Source of the DNA: Macrostomum hystrix
Taxonomy: Eukaryota; Animalia; Platyhelminthes
NCBI GenBank assembly: GCA_950097015.1
Contig: CATNEN010000007.1
Span: 11,780,001-11,844,000, forward strand
Reading direction: 5' to 3'
DNA length: 64,000 bases
The position numbers and the translations under genes are program-made. Under the pieces are notes generated by a model, which saw nothing but the letters and a program-made list of their open reading frames with translations, did no database searches and had not been told where the DNA came from. Of the stretch, positions 13,701 through 25,700 are shown one piece after another (the first letter of the stretch is position 1; every line of letters starts with the position of its first letter).

Positions 13701-16700
13701 GAGAACTGGAAGCTGCCTGGATTCCACTTTCTTGTGCGAGGTTCCAGCAGGTAAGATTAATATTAAATGATGCGAAAAGGTTATTCGCATCATCATAAGC
13801 CGACGTGTTCGAGATGCATTATTTACTAGAAGTGAATATAATATATATATATATATATAAAAGAATGAGAGAACCGAGGCAAAACATAAGATAGGAGAAT
13901 TTCCAAAGTAATTCCGGTTTCATTTTCTGTGGGTTTGCTCTACCTGCTCGCATTGATAAACTTCCTATCCCTTTTCTCAGCCAAGAAATCCAGCCGAATG
14001 TGCAGCGATCCGCTATATAACGTGTACATGAACTCGCAGACGAGGCAACTGAATCAGACTGGTATGGAGAAGGTTAGCCTGCGGCCATGGCGAGCGGTTG
14101 CTGAAGCAATCAAGCACTGTCAGAGCAACACAGAGAGCTGCAGCACTATCGAAGCCTTTGACACTGAAATGACAGTGTCGAGAATGAACACCAAAGCTGC
14201 CGGATTCCGAACAGAGCTTCGCAACGCAGGATTCGTTGTCGAACAATTTTGTCGAGGTACATTTAAATGAATCGCATTTTAAAAGAGCACAGTGAAATCT
14301 AGTTTCTTAATTTAAACTACTAATATGTTGCTATCTCTTTAAGAGTATTGCTGGCTGAACTTGCTGGATAGCAAGGCGCCGAGCTCGTACAACATCAGCT
14401 CGCCACAGACGGTCAACGGCTCTCTGGAGGCCATTCCACTAGCCGCCATTCCGGTCTCTAATTCTGCCGGTTTTTGGCGAGGCTCTTCTATCACCGTAAG
14501 CACAATGAGCAAACTCAGCATGCTCATGCTTTGCTTGCCATTCACAAGGGAAGCTACTGATCTTTGCAGATTACGTTCAGGCAGAGTTATTTAATAAGTG
14601 CACTGGCCGTCACGGGCCAAGGAAGTGACTACGGCAGCTCGGGTGCTTCGATCGAGCTCACAAAGTTTCTCCTGGAGTATGCAGGCGTATCAGATGCGGG
14701 CTCATCTATGGTTATTGGTTCCATAACACCTGATGACTTGCAGGTACTCTATTTTTTTGTCCTAATAATACTGCGCATTAAAGGTTTGCAATAAGTAGCT
14801 CGTAACTTTACTTTTTTTCGTTTAAAGTAGCCTTTTAGTTTATCGCACCTTAAGAATTTCATTTACACATACAAAGCATGCGCTTCCTTCCAGGGCTACA
14901 TCGACGTTCAATCGGGATATGTTAGCTGTCCAGTAATTATTGCCCTTCGTCAGGCCTTCTCGACATCAAGGATACGAATAACACAAAATGTTTCAGTTGC
15001 GCCACTGAAGCTTGAAGTGTTTGGCTGCTCTTTGCACGGTGAAGTAATTTTATGACTATAGTCATTTTACTAATAAAAATGATTTTTTACGATTTCTTCA
15101 AAAAACATTTTCCAGAGTTAAGTTGTTTCAACAAAAGCAGTCTCATTGTTGTGAATCCATCGGTTGGAAATATGCCGGTCCCCTGTCAAGACGATTGGAT
15201 TCTTGTGTACAAAAACTTCAACGCCAGCTGGTCCATGAACCAAAGCTACGCCAGCTACACTAAAGGTTTCTACGATGGGGACACATTGTTAAACTCCAGT
15301 AGTTTCTGGGTTGGCACAGAGGCTCTCCAGATGCTGTCTGCTGTTGCTCGGTACCGACTGAGAATAGATATGTGGGACTCGGAGGGCCGCTTCCGATATG
15401 TAGAATGCACTGCATTCTGGGTCGACTCCGGCTATGATGGCTACCGAGCTCACTTCCAGGAGTGCAGCACCGGCTTTCTCGACGCTTGGCGTCTCATGAA
15501 TCACGATGGGGCCTCGTTCTCCACGTTTGACGCTGGACCCCAGAGCAGCTGTGCAGCCATACATGGCAGCGGATGGTGGTATCGAAACACAGGCGATTGC
15601 TTTGACAGCAAGCTCACGGGCAGCGGCAATGCGACCTTCGCGAGTGTCGCCATTGCCTGGTCACAAGCATTCAAGGGTGGTCGAGTGGTAGTTAAGATAA
15701 TAAATCTCAACGCCACATTTCCACGTAAGATGCGTTCGTTTGAAAGTTCACTCATGAAAATTTCCAATGGGTTCAGGGGCAAATATATAGCCACAATTCG
15801 AGACAATTTAACCAATGCTTTAATGGCGCGCCAGCTTTTTTGCATTAGAGATAAGTTACTAGTTGGGTCATATCGGCGCCTGAAAGCAGCGAAAATATTG
15901 AACTTAAAAAATTAACATAACTTTCAGCAAGAAATAAAAGCCAACAATGCGAGAGTGATCTCAGCTGCGTAGTACTACACAAAACTGTTTGCCTAGCTCC
16001 TGACGGAGATTATAAGGAGAAGCGATGCAACTGCTCACCTGGTCACAACTACCATCAAGGAAAGTGCAAGCCAGGTAATGTTGGTTTTGTATTTTGAAAG
16101 TCAGGAGTTATTGCTGGAAAATATTTTTCAAATGAATTACTTTCATTTCGACACGCCCATATAAAAATTCATGAAACCGTCACTTTGCTTTTATTTCAGT
16201 GGAAGATGTGGTGGCTCTGACAGCTTCCGTTGCCGTTAGCGCCGGTGGAAATGCCACCTTCATTAGGAGCTATCTCACGAATATGACGCAGACATTTACG
16301 TTTGCCGTCTACGGAGCGATGGCAAACTTTACAGCAGTCGAGGCGCCGAACATCAACTACAACTTCAGCGCTTTTCTCTGGCAGTCAGAAACCTCTCAGC
16401 TGCCGGATTTCATTCCATATTCCTTCCGAACCAGCTCAGTGATCGTCTTGACTGGCGATCAGCGAACTGACGGAATCGTCGGCCAGAACATGACCTTCCA
16501 GGTGATGAGCTCAGCGCAGCTCCAAACTGGAAGCAGATGCAAGGGTACAAACTACATGTGCATTGGGGTTTTTGAGACAGAGTACTCAAACTACATTGAT
16601 CAGAACCACACCAACAATGTCGCATGTGCATCCTTACTGGAAGTTCGAAACTGCCAGCCGGACATCAACATCCAGCTCGTGGAGTTCTTGATCACCGACA

Positions 16701-19700
16701 AATCACCAGCAACATTCACCCGATCAATGCTAAACACCTTCAGCATGTGGGCTGATGTCCAACTTCTACCAGGAAGCTTCCCAGTCGAGCCTGTACTGGA
16801 TGCAGATGAGAACTTTGTCTTCACTGCTCACCTGCTACATACAAACTGTTCCATAGATATGAGCTGCCTTAGAGAAAGTACAGTGCTCAATATCAGCTTA
16901 CTAAGCAACCTATCTGAGGTACAACGCGGTCTTGGATTTGGTCAGTCGCTGAGATTTCGCTTGGCTGGCCAGTTTGGGCTGAACCTCAGCAACTGCGAGA
17001 GATCTCAGTATTTCTGCATTCGCGTCAGCAGCGGTGAGAATGCCAGCTTCTCGGATTCCGCGCAAGACAACAACCTGCTCTGTCGCACAGTTCCTCTCAA
17101 CTGCACCCCGCTTGTGGATACGGCGGTCGACTCTGTCTCCTTTGCTGTCCGAAACGGGTCTTGGCTCGCTCGGTACAACGCAATCGTCGAATGGAGCGCA
17201 CTTGTTCACCACCTCAGTGGTCTAGACATTGCCGAGGTGGCAGGCGAGAGAAATAATTTCTACCCTACCCTGTTTCTCGCTTCAGAAGACCTGAAAATTC
17301 AGACAGGGTCTCTCTGGCAGGGCTGCAGCATCGCCCAGATGCAAAGGGGCCTGGAGCCGAACGCTTCGATCGTGTTCAACTGCCAGTCCATGATGAACGT
17401 GCCCAGGGATGGATGCGAAAACCTGACCACTTTTTGTGTCGACTTTAATCAAACTGTCAACGCATCGTTCATCGAGAGCAGTTCAGCAAACAACAGAATG
17501 TGCAGATCCGGAAGCGGCTACCTTAACTGTCCGGGTCTTTCAATAGTGAACGCAACTTGCTCGCTGTCGAGTGAACTAATAGAATTCGGCAAAAGTGTCA
17601 CTGCACACGCCCATTGGGACGTGGGATCGGCAGTTGAGGTGAACATCAGCTACGGGAATGGGGAAGTCTACCAGTGGGTGTGGCTGCAACAGAACCATAC
17701 TGCAAGCTATTATGGCATGGGTTTTAGCAATGTCCAGCAGTACAGAAACGATATCGGACACTTCATTGTATCATGCCTGTTTAGAAATGAGCTCAGCACT
17801 TTTGTCGTCAACAGCAGCCTGCAGGTCGTTCCTCAATTGGCCGACTTCCTGGATGTCAGCTACAGCTACTATCCATATGCAGTCCCCGTCAATGTCAGCT
17901 TTTTTTTCAGAATGACAAACGGGTCCGCATATTCTCACCTGACTGTGAACTGCTCTTTGGTGACAGAGTTGAACAGAGAAAGTGAATTTCAGTTTACCAT
18001 CGACAGGCAGCACTCTCACCACATTGAGCGCACTTACGTCATTGAGGAACCGTTTGTGTGGAGCAAACTCAGTTGCCGGAACCAGATCTCAACATACAAC
18101 ACGACGTTCTACGTGATCAAAGAAGAGAATGTGACAGGTCTGCGCATCGCCATGAACAGCAGTCTCTTTCGAACAGTTGATCAGGCCTTCATGAGCATCA
18201 GCCTCGTCTCCGGCACACACGTCTTTTATCAAGTAACTGTTGGCGACGGACGCAACGTAACTGTACCGGATCAGTCCAGACTGTCAGCTCGAACGAACGA
18301 CTCGTACAATTGGAGCTATCTCAATCACGGAGTATTTGATGTCTGTGTAGTTGCATTCAATTACCACACACAGCAGTCAATGTGCATAGGGAACGTCACT
18401 GTACAGCATATGATTCAAAGTCTGAACATAACGGCCCCGAATGTCGTCAAGGTTCCTGACGGAAAATTTTTAACGATTGTTAGCCACTATCAGACACCCT
18501 TTCCAACTAACGTTACTTGTCTGATTGACTTCTTAGAGACTCCATTGATACAAGTGAGCTGGGTAAACTCCACCAGCCAGTTGCACCAGTTCACATGTCC
18601 TCGATCAGCAGTAGGTGATCCGGTCTCCATCAACATCTACTGTGAGAACCTGGTGTCCAAGGCTAGGGCCTCCACTAATGTGTCCTGTGTAGAGGCAGCG
18701 CTTGATCTGAAGCTGGACACAAGACCTGTCGCGCAGCGTGGACTGCCGCTTGAGATATTCGCAGGCCTGCTGAATGGATCTCACATGCACTTTGCATTCG
18801 ACTTCGGAGACAACTCTGCAACTGAAAACTTGACTCACCCTGCGGTCTTTGCCGTGGAGCAAAGGGCTACAATCAACCATACATATAAAAATGTAGGAAA
18901 CTATACTGTGCATGTGATAGCCTGGAACTCGGTTTCTGCTCTTAACTCGACCATTGGACAAATAGTGATTCTGGATCCTGTCGCGTGTACTCAAGTGAAG
19001 TACAATTCATCAGTTTTGTACACCCCTGCAATAGTCAACTTCTGGCTTGCCCACCCGTGCTATCCAGTTACGAATGTACACTGCTTCCTGGACCTCAAAG
19101 GTTTTGGTCTCATCTATCACTATGTTGATGTTTTTGGTTCCATCTCTAATGTCCATAGCGAAGTGGCCTTTCCTCGAGCTGCCATCGGCTTGCGCAACTT
19201 TACTGTCAATTGCTCAAACCTGTTGGATGGACACCTGGTGAAAACTCCAGTCGAAATTGTGCTCGATGCCGTCATCATCGGTGCATTCTATAATGACGGC
19301 CCAGTGCTGAATTACAACGCGACGACATTCATACTGAACATTACCAGATTCGGAACAAACGGCTGCTTTGTCATCAGTTTTGGTGATGGTCAGCCAGAGG
19401 TGTGCTACGGAGTTCCTGCCATGTGCCTGCCGTACGCCACTAGCCGGGGATTGAACTTTACAGAAATCAGCTACTCTGATCGTAACATCAGCATAGTCCA
19501 CATGTATCCTTGGTATGGCACCTACTCAGCTAGCGTATTAGCATTCAATCATGTGAGCAATGACACAGCTGAAAGCATGGCAATCGTTTGGGACTGGCTG
19601 TGCTTTGAACCAGAGTTGAACTTTACTCTAAACAACAGCCTTCTCACTCCACGTGATCCCAAGAGCCGCGTGATTATTCGGCGCTCTGTTGGCATCAGCG

Positions 19701-22700
19701 TCGAGGCGGTAACAGTTCTGAACTGTACAAAGACCCGCAAGACACATTGGCTCTGGAAAATCTTCAACCATCCCAGTGGATCGGATGCGATGACGACTCT
19801 CCCCGATTCGTTCACGCTTTCCCTGGAGCCTCGAACTCTCTGGTACGGCTCATACAAGGTTTGGCTCAAACTCGCTATGCTAAACGTGAACCCACCTATC
19901 TCAACGGAGCTAGATTTTTACCTGGACGTTATAAAGACTCCACTCGAGCTGAGCAACATTTCTGGTCCTGACGTGCTCGACTACAACCAGAGCTTCAGTC
20001 TGGTACCATTAATTCGAGACTATGATGTTGAAGCAGGCAATTTCTCTGCGATGAAGTTCGTGTGGATGTGCATGCAGCTTGACGAGAACTCCAGCCTACC
20101 ATTCAATCTGACCAATGAGGTGGAAATTCCCGAGAATCAGGGCGTCGAGAATTACCGTGGTTGCTATGGTATTGGACCTGGAGTGATTCTGCAAGGAAAC
20201 GACACAGTTGCTAAAAATTACGTGGGAAACACTTTCCACTTTTTGCCAAATCGAACCTATTTGTTCAGGCTGGTGATCTCCAAGGACACGAGGTGGCGCT
20301 ACATGGAAAAGCTGATCTTTGTGCGAGTGCAGAAGGCGCCGGAAATTCGCATGGTGTAAGAAAAAAACCGATTGGTTCTGAAAATGGACTCCTGAAATGA
20401 ATCAGATACGTTTAAAAAAACTACTCGCGTACAATTTTAGCTGCCTGAAGAACTGCGACCTGAAAATCACATCTCAAAGCGAGCTGCATCTCTTGGCAAT
20501 GTGCTTGAATAGCCAGTGCGGACAGAAATTCCAGCCGCTGCAGTACGCATGGAGGATGCGGCGCTTCGGTGCCAGCGCAGATGACAACTTAGCGAATGTC
20601 GTCAGGGACGGTGAGCGAAACTGGTTTGGTGCTCATTGCTGTTACTTTTATTCATACTGATTGCCTGAATCGTATATAGGAGAACCTTTCACTGATTCCT
20701 CTTTGGATAGGAAACTACACGAGAAACTTGCTGGTTCGGTTGGAGTCCACACTGCCCGACGGGACCTATTATGAGGTCTCCGTGACGGTCTCCAATGTAG
20801 GTCAGGAAGGACCAGTCACGGTGCGCAGCAACATCACCGTGAACAGCCCTCCACTGGGGGGCAACTGTACCGTGTTTCCGCTTACTGGAATTGCTATGGA
20901 AACCAAATTTCAAATCAGCTGCTTCGGCTGGAGAGAATTCGATGTATCGACAGGCGGGCTGAGCTACGAGTACCGCTTCCAGCAGAAGGGCAGCCGCCGC
21001 GCAGTTTTGCTCTTCAACGGAGGTGTCGAGACACCGCCTCTGGTTTACTTTCCCGTGGGGTCGGACAGAAATCAATGGGAAGCAACGCTTACTGCGTCCA
21101 TCTACGACCCACTCGACTATCGCAGGGACTTCAGCTTTCAAGTTTTTGTAAGAATAATAACTTCCGTGCACCTATATTAGGATATGTAGGGCAATGCGCT
21201 TCGAAGACTTTGATTCTATTTGAGTCGTATCTTCAATGTATCTTCAAATTGTGCCCAGTGCTTGCTATAAAGTTATATGAGCGTAGATGTGATCGCTCAA
21301 ATTGCTGCAATTTAGTCACTTTAGTTAACTTTTTTGCGAATAGTAAAAACTATTTGCAAATCGCCTTGTTGCATTTTTACGCATTTTGACTGATTCAAAA
21401 TGCCTCAAACCCGTCGTTAAACAACAAGGTGCGTCCACCGAACGTCCCATCCGATGTTTTGATTTCGAAGATTTCGAATATTTTAAGCGGTGAGAATCCT
21501 GAGCTGTCGAAATACCTGGCAACTGGCGACCAGCAGAGCGCCGCCACCACGCTGATCTGCATCGGGTCGCTAATGAACGCGCCGAATGAGGAGGTTGAGG
21601 GAGCCAATGCAACCGAAGAATCCAAGGCTGCATTTCGGGCGCAGATGATGACGGTACGCAACTTTTGTGGGAGCTGGTATCACCCATTGTCCTCTGTTGA
21701 AAACTGGGCCCTCTAGAAACCAATAAGAAAGCTACGAAACTCGAAACGCAGAATAGCAGAGAAAATGTTTTAACATAAATGACAGCGAAAAGGGACATTT
21801 CTACTTTGAAATAGTTTTGATGACAATGCCTCTTTAAATTTAATGTTCCACAAGCACAAGCCTTCAGAACGCCAGAACGGACCTCAATTATTTTAGCAAC
21901 GTACTGCATTCATCAACATCATCGCCAAGTTTGTGGTGAACTCAACAGACTCCTTGGAGCAGACAAATGAGCTTGTCCGCAACGCAGTAATGCGAGTTGA
22001 TGAAATTTCGCTGGATTCCCAGGTAAATTGATAGTTAAATGTGTCCAATATTTTAGCTGCCATTCACAGCTCTAGTTTGATCTGAATAAATTCAGGAAGT
22101 TGTGGTCGGAACTTTCTCGACTCTTGTCAGTACTAACCAAGCATTGCGAAGATCTATGAATTCGAACGTCAGCTACTCTGTCGGTGAAGGTAATTTTTTA
22201 CGCTTTATGCGTTGGATTGAAAAACTAAATTGTCATCGTAAGCGCCCTGTTTCAGATCTGGTTGGAATAGCTTCGCATATCTGGCAAGCTTCTGATGCAA
22301 GTATTAAAACTGAAAATCTGCGTCTGGCTACATTGTGCAATTCTCTCTCTAACGAAACAGCTGAGAACTGCTCAGAAGCTTTCATCCAACCTACAATTGC
22401 TAATTATTCCATGCCGAGCAACGAAACACAAAGTTTGAGTTCAAGTAACCTCACCAAGACAGTGAACCAGCGAGCCAGACGGGTGATTGACTCAGTGCTG
22501 ACAAATCTGGATGATGTGACAAGCGTTGTGCTGCAGGACTCGGCCTCCGGCACGTACGCCTTCGGCGACTCCGTGCTGTCAGCCGTTGGTAAGCGCATCA
22601 GCAATGACAGCGGTCATGATTTAAGGATGGCGTCGGGCCATGGTGCCGTTACTCTTCCTGCTGGAGCAAACAGCGGCTGCAGCGTAAAGGTCTTGTTTTC

Positions 22701-25700
22701 CAGCAACAATCCCTACGTGTGGGAAAAATCTGCTGGAAACGTCAAATCCAATGTGATGATCCTGTCACGTGAAAAATGTACGACCGAGAGCTCAAGCTCA
22801 TCAAGCACCAGCATAAATGGCACTGGAAATGGCACAGCAGCTTTCTTAATAAGGCGACGCCGAGCATCACCGTCGACGGGCACAGTTGAGCCTTATGTCC
22901 TGGCCCTACCAACCTCTGCAGCACCGATGGAGCTCGTCAACAGAACCCCAGAGCACAAATGGTACATGGCTTATCATAGCTTCAGCATCGCAAGCAGTGC
23001 AGATCTGATTCAGGTCGTGATCGCGCCTCTGAATTCCAGTCACGTGCTTGATGTTTACGTCCAGTCGATAGTTCTGCCAGGTCCAGAGAACTTCATCACG
23101 AACCATATTCTGCCACTTTCGCTGTCCAATGTCAGCAGCATCCATTCAGTTGACCCTAGAAATTTAAGCGCGACCGAGCTATGGGAATATCAAACAATGT
23201 TTTACCTTCCGAAAGGCGTACTCAATGCTTCTGCTGTGCACTATATTGGAGTGCGCCGACACAGATGTCTGAGGAGCGACCCTGCAAACTGTCCAGACCC
23301 ACATTTACACTACAATATCAGCATCTCGCGTCACTCCTGCCAGAGATGGGAGCCGGAACAAAGTCTGTGGCTACCGCTGCCTGAGGAGAACTGCCAGCCA
23401 CTGGGCACCGGACCGCCCAGCAAGCCAATCTTCCGTAGCAATCTCTTCGGTAGCATTGGAGTGGGAATCAACCTCACACCGAATCTGATCGACTTCGGCA
23501 AGCTGTTTGAAAACTGGCAAGGCAAGCTGGCTGAAGCAGCGGTCGTGGTGAGCACCGTGGTTGTGCTCTGGTGCCTGTTCATTCCATTCGCAGTGCTGCT
23601 TCGACGAATGGACAATCGAGACGCGTTGTTGGTAAGACGAATCGCAGTCAACATGCACACCGACATAGTCAGCTGTTTATCGTACTTTTCTTTAATTTTT
23701 TGGCTGTGCACTTTTTAGTTTGAATATCTGCCACTCAAGGACGACAAGTGCAGAGCGCATCGTTATCTACTAGATGTGTACACCAATGTCTCAAAAGGCA
23801 GTGGAACTGAGTCAAATATTTTCTTTAACCTTATCGGAACTTGTGGCCAGGTGCGAAAGCGGAAGCTGAATGATGGAGTCAGAAAGGTATTATTTCCACT
23901 CTTGATAAATATGTATCTACCTCATGCAAAAAGTGCTCAGCCGTCTCAGACGACAACACGTTCTTTATATTCTTTAGAATTTCACGGACGGTGCAATCAA
24001 TCACTTTGTTATGACCTGCGACAGTCATCTTGGAGACCTTAAGCGACTGCACATCTGGCACGATGGTCACGGCTTTGCAGACCAGTGCAACTGGTTCATG
24101 AGCCGCATAATAGTCACTGATACATTTTACAATGCAAAGTAAGTTTTCCTTAACTCTTCATTTTTGTGGTGTAAGCAGAGCTAAAGAAGTGTTACTCAGC
24201 AAAGAAATAGTACGAAGATTGTGCCAAAATTGCAAGAAAGTATAATCGTCACTTTTTTCAACTGGCAGCACTAAACAAAAGATTTCATCTTGTCCCATTT
24301 TTGGTCTGGTCAGTGATTTGTGAAATGTGAAAATTCGCACAATTTCTGTTTTTTTTGGTATCGCTTTGCAAAATGAACCAAGCGGTCCTCTTGACTAATT
24401 GATTTTAATTTTCTACAGGTACTTTTTCATTCACAACGATGAGATCGGAGAAGACTCGGAGACCAATCCTGTGGTAGTGAAGCTGGCGTCCAAAGACGAT
24501 ATTGCCTTCTCACCTGGCCTAGTTCGGAATAACCTGTCCCGCAAGATGACAGACGATCACCTCTGGATGTCATTGATGTCGCGGAAGACCGACACGAACT
24601 TCAGTCGGCTGCAGCGACTTGGAGTTTGTTTCAGCATTCTGTTCATGACAATGATAGCAAATGCAATGTGGTATGGCGTTGGTGAAAACGGTCCGAACGC
24701 CAACACAAAAGTCCAAATCGGCCCCTTCAGCGTGTCCGTGAATGCCCTGCTAACATCTTTGCTGGGTGCGCTTTGTGTGGTTCCTGTGACGTCTGCAATC
24801 ACAATTTTGTTCCTCAAGTCAGAAAAGCGCAAAAAGAGCTCAGAAAAAGCACAGAATAGCCAGCCTCCGAAAGAGTCAGTTGAGCTTGCCGAGCATCTGG
24901 ATCACACCAGCGAGGGCGTGAGAGTCGACAAAGCTTGGCTGGAAAAGACAATGTGTCGCGCTGCCTTTGTGGGTGACGACGGTCGAGTTCAGAGCATCAG
25001 GCACACAGAAGCCACAGGAAAATACCAAGTCTGGCCAGAGTCCGCTGACTCGGTCAGCACACCAATCAGTTTGCCAGATGAGCTGCACAAGAAGGCAAAG
25101 AAGTTTCGACTGCCGTACTGGTTTCAATACATCGGATGGGCTCTTGTCCTAGGCAGCATGGCTGGGGCCGGCATCTTCATTGTCTTCTACGCAATGGACT
25201 GGGGAAAGAACAAGTCAGAGGAGTGGTTGGTCACTTTCTTTCTGTCGCTCTTTGAATCTCTGCTGCTCATCCAGCCGCTCAAGGTAGCCTCACTAAAATA
25301 TTTTGCCTTTGTGCCTTTGCCGACACTGCTGCTGCATTACAGAATCAAATTCATTTCTCTTTCCTTCAGGTTCTGGCAATCGGAATGATCCTATCGGTGC
25401 TGCTTCGAAAGGACTACGATGCGAAAGACATGGACTTTGTGCGAGTTCGCTTCAGAGACCCCGAGACAAGATCTGGTAATTTTTGGGATGCCTTCAACGC
25501 ACAATAACACTCGTATTTTCTAGTTCAATAAGAATTGATTGAAGCTAAAAATCCCACTTCTCAGACGGTTTCCGCTACCTGCACGAGGTCGAGGAGGGTG
25601 AAAAGAGTAGCGAGCTGAGGCGCAAAGCAAAGCAGACGTCCGTAGAGATCATCGGCAGCTGCTTGCTGCTCGCTCTGCTGTATTGCATCTGCTATGGCAA

